64,000 bases of DNA, from IMG/VR virus record IMGVR_UViG_3300018427_000754, one strand, 5' to 3'. The notes below the pieces were generated by a model, which ran no database searches, was not told the DNA's origin, and was given only the letters and a program-made list of their open reading frames with translations. This DNA comes from an uncultured virus (IMG/VR IMGVR_UViG_3300018427_000754). Taxonomy: Duplodnaviria > Heunggongvirae > Uroviricota > Caudoviricetes. Positions 19,301 through 27,669 of the stretch are shown one piece after another. The position numbers were made by a program, and so were the translations under genes. Position 1 is the first letter of the stretch. The number at the start of each line of letters is the position of its first letter.

Positions 19301-20665
19301 TTCGGCTGTACTGAGAAGGGCTGTGACCAGTGAAGTAATAAGGTCGGCTCCTGCTTCTCCTATTCCATCTGCATTTCTGATATTCTCACAGAATCCAGAA
19401 ATAAGCTCTACTGCTGTATTGATGAAATCCGGAGCCGCCTCTGCGACCTTCTGTACGATCTGTGCCATGACGGAGCCTACTGCCTCCACCATGCCCTGTA
19501 AACCATTCTCGTTATAGGCTGCCTGAAGCTGGTCAACCATTTCGATTGCCGCTTCTGCAGCTGTTTTCATAGGCTCTTCGATGCCCTCATAGATGCTGAG
19601 CCCTAATGTCTCAATGCCTCCCGTAAGTTCTTCGATTCTACCGGCGAGATTATCCTGCATGGTGGCCGCCATTTCTACAGCAGCTCCGTCGCAGTTGTAA
19701 ATGGAGTTTGTCAGTTTATCAAAATCCTCATCAGAAGCCTCTACAATAGCGAGCAGGGCAGACATAGCCTCCTGTCCACCAATGGCCGTCGCCATTTCAG
19801 CTTTCTCCGCTTCGGATAATCCTTCAAATCCTTTTCTAAGGTCCACCATGACCTCATTCAAGGATTTCATAGTTCCATCACCATTTGTCAGTGAAATATC
19901 CAGAGCATCCATTGCTCCCTGTACTTCATCCGTAGGTTTTACCAGTCTGGAAAGAATAGCTCTCAATGATGTGCCGGCCTGTCCTGCCTTGATACCGCTA
20001 TTCGCCATCAGACCAATAGCTGTTGCTGTATCTTCTACAGAATAGCCTAATGCCCCGGCTACAGGAGCGACATACTTAAATGTCTCTCCCATCATTCCTA
20101 CGTTAGTATTGGCACTAGACGATGCTTTTGCCAATACATCAGCAAAATGCGTTGCATTGGATACCTCTTTTGAGAATCCATCTTTTATGATGGTCGTTGT
20201 TCCACTGGCACTAAGACCAAATGCAGTCATTGCATCTGTTACGATATCAGATGTCGTTGCAAGATTTTCTCCGGATGCAGCGGCAAGGTTCATAAGACCT
20301 TCGATACTACCAAGCATATCCTCGGTCTTCCAGCCTGCCATAGCCATGTATTCAAATGCTTCTGCAGATTCGGTAGCGGAGAATTTCGTCTTCGCTCCCA
20401 TTTCTTTCGCCTTTTCAGTCAAGGCTTCCAATTCTTCACCTGTTGCTCCGGAAATGGCGGCTACGTTGGACATTCCGGCTTCGAATTCCATGCCAACATT
20501 AATTGCAGCTGTACCAATTCCGGCCACTGCCGTAGCGACTCCTCCAATTATGGCTGCAGTCGACTTGAGAGCAGTACTGGCAATCGAACTGATATTATCG
20601 ATTCCTTTCTGGAAACCAGAGGAATCGATAGATGTATCAAATTTTAATGTGCCATCATAGCCCAA
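16352..20665 (-). CDS. Tail tape measure protein (TP901-like core); probable TTG start
   Basis: FEAGMSNVAAISGA, TKFSATESAEA, IKAGQAGTSLR motifs; internal repeats of about 40 aa; SD GAGGTG precedes TTG 20665. Confidence 0.93.
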   Translation of the reverse strand: MGYDGTLKFDTSIDSSGFQKGIDNISSIASTALKSTAAIIGGVATAVAGIGTAAINVGMEFEAGMSNVAAISGATGEELEALTEKAKEMGAKTKFSATESAEAFEYMAMAGWKTEDMLGSIEGLMNLAAASGENLATTSDIVTDAMTAFGLSASGTTTIIKDGFSKEVSNATHFADVLAKASSSANTNVGMMGETFKYVAPVAGALGYSVEDTATAIGLMANSGIKAGQAGTSLRAILSRLVKPTDEVQGAMDALDISLTNGDGTMKSLNEVMVDLRKGFEGLSEAEKAEMATAIGGQEAMSALLAIVEASDEDFDKLTNSIYNCDGAAVEMAATMQDNLAGRIEELTGGIETLGLSIYEGIEEPMKTAAEAAIEMVDQLQAAYNENGLQGMVEAVGSVMAQIVQKVAEAAPDFINTAVELISGFCENIRNADGIGEAGADLITSLVTALLSTAEQLWSTAITLVGKLAGGVAEGAPQMVDAAIECISGIVDTVIEWAPNILNAGIEIAASLIEGIVSKVPDMFSAGIEMLTQLTSGIKQNLPEMIAVGMEALMNFSGTLRENVGDLVDAGLELIMTLAQSLIDNIPVFIETVPTIITNLAGIINDNAPKLLSAGLELIVKLAAGLVQAIPTLVANIPEIIEAIVSAFLAFNWLDLGKNIITFIKNGIQTLTTAIPETLANICTTARDTILNGGWAEVGSNVINFIVNGVKSLLTLIPETLKGIANDAITMFTTMDWADLGVNLIGGIVAGISGALNGVWDAITNLCSGILDTFKGFFGIHSPSTVMQEQADFLVQGVINGLQSLPELAGEIFGNVLDNVIQWGGDLLSNAGQAASDTLTNVTDFFSQMPGNVGGHLSSALDNVIAWGTEVFNNAKTSASDTLTNVTESFSQMPGNVDSHLSTALENVKSWGTETLNNAKTSASDTLTNVESYFSQMPGKIQAQLTTALKNAETWGTNTVNSLKASASNMLKNVESNFKQMPGKVKTQLDKVISNAKSWGSNAVSNFKTIGKNVIQGLINGITGMVSKLYTSIKNALSGLVDKAKKALGINSPSKVFADEVGKWIPGGIEAGIDAGMPSVNADMENQAGSLVDNAVNALAAMPEQFSAILSSIGDKMAVWGTDVQDTAGDASKGVMGSLSSTFSQMPDVVQGHLDATLEHIKNWSAQTKTDCVAGISSLPEEMGVILGEAGNKAKDLGYTMTTEFKKMGDDSIQSMIDGIRNKTSELYDCIRNVLSELVEQAKDSLEINSPSAVFADQIGQWIPSGIEEGIRLEMPGLLESLKAQSDSLVKTMIDGLSEMPERSTEVLRKTLDRAIEWGSDILTKGKELAKDLEKGFNGEMPRLSNDLKSQVDALIQKMQAAVKAEAEKIEIKSNVTETYKIQQENGKSFRENKTEVKIDGTTHVHVDLDGEEIAEATTPFMDRNLGRRFTQAARGV

Positions 20666-20712
20666 TGTTTTCACCTCGCTTGAAGGTAAACATCTATCGG
20701 CTCATTATGGCT

Positions 20713-20886
20713 CTACTTAGACTGTTTCCCGTCTTTGATTGTTATCTCAAAAAGATAGGGGCAGTTCCTTCCTTTGCACCGGACGAACACCCCCTTACAC
20801 TCTGCGCCCTCATCATATGATACCGGCATCCGGTATCCACATTTGGGACACACTACTTTTTTGTACTTTTTCTTGTCGATTTCTAT
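20713..20886 (-). CDS. Unannotated 57-aa Zn-ribbon microprotein (Com/KTR-like), ATA start
   Basis: IEIDKKKYKKVVCPKCGYRMP...VFVRCKGRNCPYLFEI; AGGAGG 8 nt before ATA; in-frame stop just upstream. Confidence 0.7.
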   Translation of the reverse strand: MEIDKKKYKKVVCPKCGYRMPVSYDEGAECKGVFVRCKGRNCPYLFEITIKDGKQSK

Positions 20887-20901
20887 ACTACACGCCTCCT
20901 A

Positions 20902-21534
20902 TCACACAAGTCCTGCCAGGTCTCCGCCATGCATGAGGGCATAAGTAATTTTGTCTATGTATTCCTGTTCCTTCGTTGACAGCGGAAGCGCATGAATAGA
21001 TTTCATTTTGTTATAAAATCTTCTCTGCTCTGGTGACATCTTCGAAGTTGTCTTTATGCTCCTGTATCCCATAATCTTGACAAATTCACACTGATCGCTC
21101 AAGGATTTGAACAATGCACGGAATTTCCACCAGTGCATATACTTCACCTTGGTAAGGTCAATGCCATACTGCTGTAGAAACGCAGCATAGATATATTCGT
21201 CATCATGTTCAAAAGAATAAATCCTCTGGCCGGAATCAGAATCTTCTTCCGCATCTTCCTCTGTCTCTTCTTCAGACTCTTCGGTCGATTTTACTTTTTC
21301 CTTTCCACAGCCATAGAACCAGAGCATTTCATCAATGGCTTTTGGTATGTTCGACGGAACCACCGGATAATATAACCGAAGAGCATTTAATATCTTCTCC
21401 GTATCATCTAGTTCGTCGTCCTGCATCAGTATCTCAAACAATATCGATGTCCTAAAGTCCGAACGGATCTCATAGTGTTCGTTGTCAATCGTTACAAAAC
21501 TAGGAGGACGGTCTATCAGTAAATTGGCTGCCAT
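20902..21534 (-). CDS. Gp15-like (Listeria A118-type) tail assembly protein
   Basis: IRSDFR...DDEYIYAAFLQQYGIDL...MHWWKFRALF. Confidence 0.85.
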   Translation of the reverse strand: MAANLLIDRPPSFVTIDNEHYEIRSDFRTSILFEILMQDDELDDTEKILNALRLYYPVVPSNIPKAIDEMLWFYGCGKEKVKSTEESEEETEEDAEEDSDSGQRIYSFEHDDEYIYAAFLQQYGIDLTKVKYMHWWKFRALFKSLSDQCEFVKIMGYRSIKTTSKMSPEQRRFYNKMKSIHALPLSTKEQEYIDKITYALMHGGDLAGLV

Positions 21535-21536
21535 CT

Positions 21537-21941
21537 TTAACGATGGTAGCGGTGGTTATTCTTACCACCTTTGTTGTGCCCTCTTCTTTCTTCTCGGTTT
21601 TCCACTCTCTCAGGAGAATATTTGCCTACAAGAGCCGCTGTCTCTTCTTTTGCATTTCGACTTTCATTACATAAAACATTAAATGCTTCCATGCGTACTC
21701 TAAGATTATTGTTCTTAGGGAACACCTTTGCTGCTGTTCCTTCCCCGAAGATAGTATCAAAAGCTTCTTCTACGCATCTGCACTGATATCTCATCGCATC
21801 AGCATTGGATTTTCCTTTATAAGCCGTAGGGTCTTTTACTTTTACAGCCACATTATTAATAGTATCTTCGTATACTTCCATTACATCTGCATCGAGAAGT
21901 TCTAATTCTAATTCCACGTTATTAATGACGATTTTACCCAT
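21537..21941 (-). CDS. Tail assembly chaperone
   Basis: Between tail tube and Gp15; FDTIFGEGTAAKVF. Confidence 0.7.
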   Translation of the reverse strand: MGKIVINNVELELELLDADVMEVYEDTINNVAVKVKDPTAYKGKSNADAMRYQCRCVEEAFDTIFGEGTAAKVFPKNNNLRVRMEAFNVLCNESRNAKEETAALVGKYSPERVENREERRGHNKGGKNNHRYHR

Positions 21942-21984
21942 TTTCTTGCCTCCTAACTTTGTATCGATTGATTGTTACTTGTTC

Positions 21985-22515
21985 TTATTCCTCAGTCTGT
22001 TCTGCCTGAGCTGCAGGTGTTTCTCCATCTGCTGTAAATGTCTTTGTTGCTGTATCGAAAGTACCGAGCACTGGGTCTCCTACTGCATTGAGGTTTCCGG
22101 AAAGGACCTGTTTGTTTTCGCCGGAGTACGTAGATACTTCAACAGCAACTGTAAATTTTCTCGCTTTGAATTTAGTAGTCTGCCCGTCTACAGGATTCCA
22201 AAGTTCTGCACGAACGTATTCCCTTTCGGCGTCAGCGCCTACTTTATGGTCTCTTGCGATTCCATAAATATCATCGATGCCCTCCTGAGAAAGCACATGT
22301 TCAGACTCAAATGGGAAGGTTGTTTCGTAACTGATAATGGAAGAAGAAGCAGACGCTTCGTTGATGTATTTTGTAGATTCGGACTGCGCTCCTGGTTCTT
22401 CATCAAGAGTTGTAAAGCCGGTTCCAAGAAGTACATAATTTGGTTCTTCCGGTGTTCCGATATTCAGATAATCGGCGATCTTATGTCTTAAAACGATATC
22501 TCTTTTCTTTGCCAT
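21985..22515 (-). CDS. Major tail tube protein
   Basis: LLGTGFTTLDEEP...KYINE...GDPVLGTFD; position in tail module. Confidence 0.8.
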   Translation of the reverse strand: MAKKRDIVLRHKIADYLNIGTPEEPNYVLLGTGFTTLDEEPGAQSESTKYINEASASSSIISYETTFPFESEHVLSQEGIDDIYGIARDHKVGADAEREYVRAELWNPVDGQTTKFKARKFTVAVEVSTYSGENKQVLSGNLNAVGDPVLGTFDTATKTFTADGETPAAQAEQTEE

Positions 22516-22944
22516 TTATATTGCCTCCTTCAAATAGATTAATCGTAATTGTATTTTGTATCTGGCATTTCTCATCGAACCGTCAAAGAAATAGCCAGGA
22601 GACAAAACTTCCAAAGCTTCCGGCGTACAATCATCCGGTAACTCAGGAAAGTTCTGCAATTTATTTTGTTTCTCTACCCAGTCCGAGAATTCCTCATAGA
22701 ATGCGCTGTTCTGGATGTTTTCGATGCGGTCCATCGAATAGAATTCGCGGCTTCCAAAATCGAACTGGTACTGTCTTAGGGTGCTTCCGTCAACGTAACG
22801 TCTGATCACAGGGTCAAATACGGACGTCTCAATCGCATACTCAATGCCCTGGTCTCCCAATGCATCCACACGGAATACACCTTCTTTAAGTAAAGGACAT
22901 TCCATAAAAAAATTAGTAATGCCCTCTATGATTGATTTGGCCAT
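22516..22944 (-). CDS. Tail terminator / completion protein
   Basis: Directly upstream of tail tube; YVDGSTLRQYQF...FYEEFSDW. Confidence 0.65.
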   Translation of the reverse strand: MAKSIIEGITNFFMECPLLKEGVFRVDALGDQGIEYAIETSVFDPVIRRYVDGSTLRQYQFDFGSREFYSMDRIENIQNSAFYEEFSDWVEKQNKLQNFPELPDDCTPEALEVLSPGYFFDGSMRNARYKIQLRLIYLKEAI

Positions 22945-22945
22945 A

Positions 22946-23335
22946 TTAGCCTCCATTCTTCTTCGCCACTGCAAGTATTTCTTTCTTCTCAGCGGCCTTC
23001 ATTCGCTCGAACCATTTGGCACCTCTGTTTGCGGCATAAGAACGTGTCTCGGCTGTATTGTAATACTGGAATCTTGCATAGGGAGCGATATAGCACACCT
23101 CTCCACTTCCTATGGTCGTTCCTAACGTGCCGGACTTTTCCAATACCCCTGTATCCAAAGGAACTCTTGGACTGCATCGTCTCAACACTTCCGAATCTAC
23201 AATCTTTTGCATTTTTGAAAAGTTGGCATTTCTAATGCTGTCAAAATTCGGATTCCACGAAAGCTGAATCTTTGCCTTCCCATTACTGCCAATTACAATA
23301 GTTCCATTTGGTGTCTTAATTGGATTTACTGCCAT
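22946..23335 (-). CDS. Minor capsid / neck protein (Minor_capsid_2-like)
   Basis: VPLDTGVLEKSG...YIAPYARFQYY...GAKWFERMK. Confidence 0.75.
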   Translation of the reverse strand: MAVNPIKTPNGTIVIGSNGKAKIQLSWNPNFDSIRNANFSKMQKIVDSEVLRRCSPRVPLDTGVLEKSGTLGTTIGSGEVCYIAPYARFQYYNTAETRSYAANRGAKWFERMKAAEKKEILAVAKKNGG

Positions 23336-23796
23336 TAAACACCTCCAATTCTCCAATGTTTCACAGCATCAGTGCCTCTTTTTGTGTTGTCGGCATATTC
23401 TTTAACAACAATAGCAGCTCCTGCATTCGCTGACCGGACAAGCTCATCCACTTCCTCTTTTGTGAGAAGAAGCTTGCCTGCAGATACGGCGGCTCCTATC
23501 ACATAGCAGCCTTTCTGGATAGTCCAATAGCTGTCTGTATCTTCATCCTCAAGGTCTTTGTACATATCCTCTGGAAGATACGTCTTGGAATCCTGTATTT
23601 TAGCTGTAAGAGGTATTCTAATTTTATAGGACAAATCTTCGCTTCTCGCAGATTCTCCCATTCTCGCCGAAATCGTGGAGTTCTGGACATCATAAAAGGA
23701 CACGCCTGTGATTGTAGTCGGAACATACAACTCTCTGCGCGTCTTTTTATCAATTCTGGTATTGAAGATAGTAATTACCTGATCTGCATTAACCAT
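23335..23796 (-). CDS. Head-closure-like protein
   Basis: Neck-module position; ITIFN...HWRIGG. Confidence 0.55.
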   Translation of the reverse strand: MVNADQVITIFNTRIDKKTRRELYVPTTITGVSFYDVQNSTISARMGESARSEDLSYKIRIPLTAKIQDSKTYLPEDMYKDLEDEDTDSYWTIQKGCYVIGAAVSAGKLLLTKEEVDELVRSANAGAAIVVKEYADNTKRGTDAVKHWRIGGV

Positions 23797-24187
23797 CCTG
23801 CTCACCATCCTCCAAATCATAAATCGGAGAAGTGCCCGGATAAAGAAGTCCTGTCCCGGAAAGATACATTTTGATGCATCTGTTCGCATCAGCATCGAAT
23901 GAAACATCTGCACTCGGTTCTACGTAGGTGATGGAATACCCATCGTTACTCTCTGATTTAGCCAAGGCCTCTGCTTTCTTTTTCTGTGCTGCATACTTCT
24001 GGACGAGATCACAGATAGCATTCTTCACACAGTCAGGAATCTCCTTTAGCTTTTTCAGCCTTCCAAAAGTCATCTGGTTCACCTTTGCCGTCGCCCAGAT
24101 ACACGCATTATTGAATACATTCTCTGGAATCTCATTGCCACAAAAGGTTTTATTGTAATATTCAAAGCTTACATATGCATCTCCCAT
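23789..24187 (-). CDS. Head-tail connector / adaptor
   Basis: YVSFEYY...VKNAIC...SESNDGYSITY...YLSGTGLLY. Confidence 0.75.
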   Translation of the reverse strand: MGDAYVSFEYYNKTFCGNEIPENVFNNACIWATAKVNQMTFGRLKKLKEIPDCVKNAICDLVQKYAAQKKKAEALAKSESNDGYSITYVEPSADVSFDADANRCIKMYLSGTGLLYPGTSPIYDLEDGEQDG

Positions 24188-24249
24188 GCGATAACCTCCG
24201 TTTCAAAGGGCGATTTCATAAGAAAACCGCCCTGTTTTGATGCTTCATC

Positions 24250-25365
24250 CTAGCCAAGAGAGATGATTCTCGCAATTGGAATAGCTTTGTGATCAAGATA
24301 CTGTTTTGTAGTTCCCTGAGAAGAAACAAGCTCCCAGTTACCACCATCTTCAAGCTCGTCATCAGTTGGTGACAAGGTAGCCATTGTTTTCTGTGTGAAG
24401 GAAATACCGTAAGGAGCGAAGCATTTACGCTGTCTGCTGTAAAGAGTATCCTGTCCGCCATTCTTTGAAGGATCACGGTCCATTTCGTAAGGAACTTTAG
24501 CGCCGCAGTCTGTATATTCGATAGCACCGTCACCAAGTACAAATGTTGTGTATTTGTCTCCTGCGCCGTCTGCACCTGCTTCTACAGGCATACCGTCGTC
24601 GATAAGTACTGTTCTGCCATTGAGGGACGCAAGGCTTAACTGACGTTCCACACCATTCGCATCTGTCTGTTTCCAGTATGCTAATACCTTTAAGTTCTCA
24701 AGGTTTGTAGCCACTTTGGAATGCATGATAGCAAGGGAGAATGCACCTTTGTTATCACCACAAGCCTGCTGGATAGCAGTATTAAGAGTAGTTGCGTCCA
24801 TATGGCCCATAACTCCTTCAGAATTTTCCTTTTCGCAGGTGTCATATGTATGAGCATCTACGAATTTCTTGTTCGCTGTTCCTGTCATGTTGAAGATACC
24901 TTTAAGGATATGAACAAGAGTATCCTGGTCTACTTCGGACCAGTATTCAGATACCTGCTGAGCAATATTGGCCATGAAGTCTTCACCGCCTGTAATGTCG
25001 TAAGAAAAGTCATTCTCTGTCCATGCGTTGGCACGTCCTACTACGACTCTGGAATGTCTGAATGTTGCAGTGCTGCCTGCCTGAATATCTGTACCACCAT
25101 CATAGTTCTGAGGTGTAGAACCAGAGATAAGACCTCTTAATGTAGTTGTGATATAGTTGCCGCCAGTCTGGTCACGCATGGAAGCTGCGAGATCTGGTCT
25201 TGGTCTGATTGCTCTGGAACGGATGAGTTCTGTTCTCTTTGTGTTCGGTACTCTATCTACGTAACCTTTGAATACCTCAGCATTAAAGATTTTCTCATCG
25301 AATACGCTCGCTGGAATTTCAGCGAAGAACTGAAGGTTCATTTTCATTGCATTAGATTTAATCAT
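24250..25365 (-). CDS. Major capsid protein
   Basis: 371 aa after scaffold; MNLQFFA leader; MHSKVATNL, LNGRTVLIDD. Confidence 0.88.
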   Translation of the reverse strand: MIKSNAMKMNLQFFAEIPASVFDEKIFNAEVFKGYVDRVPNTKRTELIRSRAIRPRPDLAASMRDQTGGNYITTTLRGLISGSTPQNYDGGTDIQAGSTATFRHSRVVVGRANAWTENDFSYDITGGEDFMANIAQQVSEYWSEVDQDTLVHILKGIFNMTGTANKKFVDAHTYDTCEKENSEGVMGHMDATTLNTAIQQACGDNKGAFSLAIMHSKVATNLENLKVLAYWKQTDANGVERQLSLASLNGRTVLIDDGMPVEAGADGAGDKYTTFVLGDGAIEYTDCGAKVPYEMDRDPSKNGGQDTLYSRQRKCFAPYGISFTQKTMATLSPTDDELEDGGNWELVSSQGTTKQYLDHKAIPIARIISLG

Positions 25366-25386
25366 TATTACTTTTTCCTCCTTTGA

Positions 25387-26073
25387 TTACTCTAAAAGTG
25401 TTGTAATATCTGCTTCCGGATGTTCGTTCTTATACTTCATCGCCTCAGTAAGAGACATTTTCTTCTTACCACCCGGCGGTGTAGGGTCAGTACCCGGAGT
25501 AAATGTTGGTTTTGGTGGTTTTGGCGGTTCTGGGTCAGCAGGCGGAGTCTCGACTACAAATGCACCCGGATTGTTTTCTTTCATCTTTGTCATGAAATCA
25601 TCTGCTCCAAGGAATGTGCCGTCTTCACTGCGTTTAAAGCCCTGGGCCATGAATTCTGCCATAGCAGCTTTCGCCACCAACGGAGAAGTGAACTGGAACT
25701 GTCCCATATATTTCTCAGCCGCAAACTCTGTTGCCTGAGCATCAAGCTTGTCCTGAAGTGCTTTAGTGTCTGTGTTGTACTTGGTTTCCCAATCAGCTGC
25801 AGACTTTTTAATTCCATCAATGTCCATGTCTTTGTAGGACTGGATAGTAGTATTCGCCTCTCCGAGCTGGGCTTTGTACCCCTCTGCTTCCATGCGGAAT
25901 CCTTCGGCCTTCTGCTCCAAAGCTGTATGTTTTTCTTTGGAAACATAATTTCCTTCGGATAAATCCACGAAGCGAACATGTTTCTTCTTGTCTTCCTGTC
26001 CGTTATTGTGTTCCTGGATCTTTGCATCGACCTGTGCAAATAATTCTTCTCCTAATAATTCTTTGAGTGTCAT
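25387..26073 (-). CDS. Scaffolding protein (Phage_GP20-like)
   Basis: LKELLGEEL...NYVSKEK, coiled coil, Pro-rich C-terminus; precedes the capsid gene. Confidence 0.82.
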   Translation of the reverse strand: MTLKELLGEELFAQVDAKIQEHNNGQEDKKKHVRFVDLSEGNYVSKEKHTALEQKAEGFRMEAEGYKAQLGEANTTIQSYKDMDIDGIKKSAADWETKYNTDTKALQDKLDAQATEFAAEKYMGQFQFTSPLVAKAAMAEFMAQGFKRSEDGTFLGADDFMTKMKENNPGAFVVETPPADPEPPKPPKPTFTPGTDPTPPGGKKKMSLTEAMKYKNEHPEADITTLLE

Positions 26074-26217
26074 AGTTCTTCTTTCCTTTCGTCACTGTTT
26101 TTATATACGGTGCCTCCGTTGACCGCGATAGTTTAAACCTCATACCGCAAGAGGGAGCCACACAGTTTAATCGACATGAGCTGGTCATATGTCTCTTCCA
26201 CATCTTAAAAAAGACAT

Positions 26218-26241
26218 AAAAAAAGGACGTCGTTAACGTCC
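26218..26241 (-). terminator. Intrinsic terminator-like hairpin
   Basis: Minus strand GGACGT-TAACG-ACGTCC plus T7. Confidence 0.6.
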
Positions 26242-26394
26242 GTGACTGTTTTACCCACAGCTGGGAGATATCTGGATCACCTCCTTCCTAATTCTTTACA
26301 CATGGGGCTCTGAGCCTTGCCAGTTTCTTAGGCATATTAATTATCCTCCTTTCTCTTAGAAGCTAATCTGAGTCAAATCAGGAGTTCTCATAGG

Positions 26395-26871
26395 CTACTG
26401 GATGCCGTTCACTGCTGTCTGTAACAGGAATCCGAGAAGTTCCCAAATTTTATCTTTGATTTTACCCATGCAGATTTCTTCTCCAATCTTCTGTGAATAA
26501 TTTGCTGGATCCACACAGGATGAGGATTCGGTAATAATGAATCCATTTCTGAGGGTACACATGACAACTGTTGTTCTGTCTCCGATTGTTCTTGTATCGA
26601 TAATGGCAATGAAATCATTGACCATCTTTTCACCGACGCTCACGCCAGAAGGAAGGTCTTTGTTCTCATCCAGTTTCATGTATGCTCTTTCGAACACTTC
26701 TTTTGGCGACCAGCTGATGTATCCATCCGGATAACGCAGCTCATACCCTTCTTCTGCTCTTTCCTTTTCTTCATCCAGAAGCATGTCAATCATCTCAATC
26801 GGATGCACTTCTCCATCTAATCGAAAGGCCGGTTCTGCCTCGACCATCTTTGTTCCAATGTATTTTTTCAT
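26395..26871 (-). CDS. Two-domain protein with C-terminal Phage_gp49_66-like domain (candidate Acb4-type sponge)
   Basis: N-terminal MKKYIGTK...SWSPKEVFERAY; C-terminal CTLRNGF...SCVDPANYSQKIGEEIC...IWELLGFLL. Confidence 0.7.
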   Translation of the reverse strand: MKKYIGTKMVEAEPAFRLDGEVHPIEMIDMLLDEEKERAEEGYELRYPDGYISWSPKEVFERAYMKLDENKDLPSGVSVGEKMVNDFIAIIDTRTIGDRTTVVMCTLRNGFIITESSSCVDPANYSQKIGEEICMGKIKDKIWELLGFLLQTAVNGIQ

Positions 26872-26879
26872 TCTTCCTC

Positions 26880-27065
26880 CTAATCCGGCACATCTACATG
26901 ATAAGCCATTTCACCGCTTGCCATCTCTGCACCATCCTGCTCAATAATGATTTTCTGATGAGGATTTCCATTTTCCTGAAGCCATCTAACAACGGGTTCT
27001 GTGACCTTCTTGAATTCTTCAACAGCTGCTAATCCTCTACCAATTGCCATCATTTCAGTTCCCAT
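26880..27065 (-). CDS. Small hypothetical protein
   Basis: 61 aa, tightly packed; PVVRWLQENGNPH. Confidence 0.6.
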   Translation of the reverse strand: MGTEMMAIGRGLAAVEEFKKVTEPVVRWLQENGNPHQKIIIEQDGAEMASGEMAYHVDVPD

Positions 27066-27068
27066 GTT

Positions 27069-27602
27069 TTACTCCTCTGAGCCCACTTCATACCAGTCTT
27101 CTGCAAGCATGTCGGCCTGTGAAGCGAGCCATCCTAACTGAACACCGGATGTTCCGACAAAAGCGATCGTCTTATTGCCAATTGCCTCATGCTCTGGGTT
27201 AACAACGGTTCCATTGGGACCGACATAACTGATGTTGGATGCCATTTCGATGTGCTGGTTCTTCCCATTCCAACCTTTTCGTGCTGCTTTTCCGCCCTCT
27301 TTGATGATTTCAAGAGCATAACCGAAATCAAATGTATCGGAATTATCACAGAACACACAGTCAAGGATGAAGATATCCTTGCAGTTCTTGTGAACAAGAT
27401 TCTCGTCATAAGTCTTATCGATATACTGCATTTTCGCTTCGACATTCGGATTAGTGATGGACTCTACTTCTCCTGTCGGCATCTGGATAAACAGGACAAC
27501 TGCACCGATACCGTCTTTCTGTGCTTCCTCGTAATTTTTAAATAATTCTTCCTTAGTGAGTCTTTCTTCTCTTTTCATCATTTCTTCTTCATGCATAATC
27601 AT
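27069..27602 (-). CDS. DUF2829 (Tad2-like sponge) domain fused to an unknown N-terminal domain
   Basis: FDFGYALEIIKEGGKAARKGWNGK...WLASQADMLAEDW; ATG 27602 after AGGAGG. Confidence 0.8.
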   Translation of the reverse strand: MIMHEEEMMKREERLTKEELFKNYEEAQKDGIGAVVLFIQMPTGEVESITNPNVEAKMQYIDKTYDENLVHKNCKDIFILDCVFCDNSDTFDFGYALEIIKEGGKAARKGWNGKNQHIEMASNISYVGPNGTVVNPEHEAIGNKTIAFVGTSGVQLGWLASQADMLAEDWYEVGSEE

Positions 27603-27623
27603 GTTTTTCCTCCTTTTGGGCAT

Positions 27624-27650
27624 AAAAAAACCGCCACGTTTCCGTGACGG
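27624..27650 (-). terminator. Intrinsic terminator after the MuF toxin/immunity pair
   Basis: Minus strand CCGTCACG-GAAA-CGTGGCGG plus T7. Confidence 0.7.
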
Positions 27651-27669
27651 CGTTACATATTCTTTGAAT

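Noticed and set aside
8559..20660. Long plus-strand ORFs (e.g. 10704-11633, 13030-13560, 15622-16377, 18663-19235)
   Set aside because: Antisense shadows of well-supported minus-strand tail genes, with no recognisable motifs
20902..21941. Programmed frameshift between tail chaperone genes
   Set aside because: No convincing slippery heptamer seen near the junction; the second gene has its own ATG
26272..26286. 16S rRNA gene fragment
   Set aside because: Only 15 nt match the 16S 3' tail; flanks are not rRNA-like
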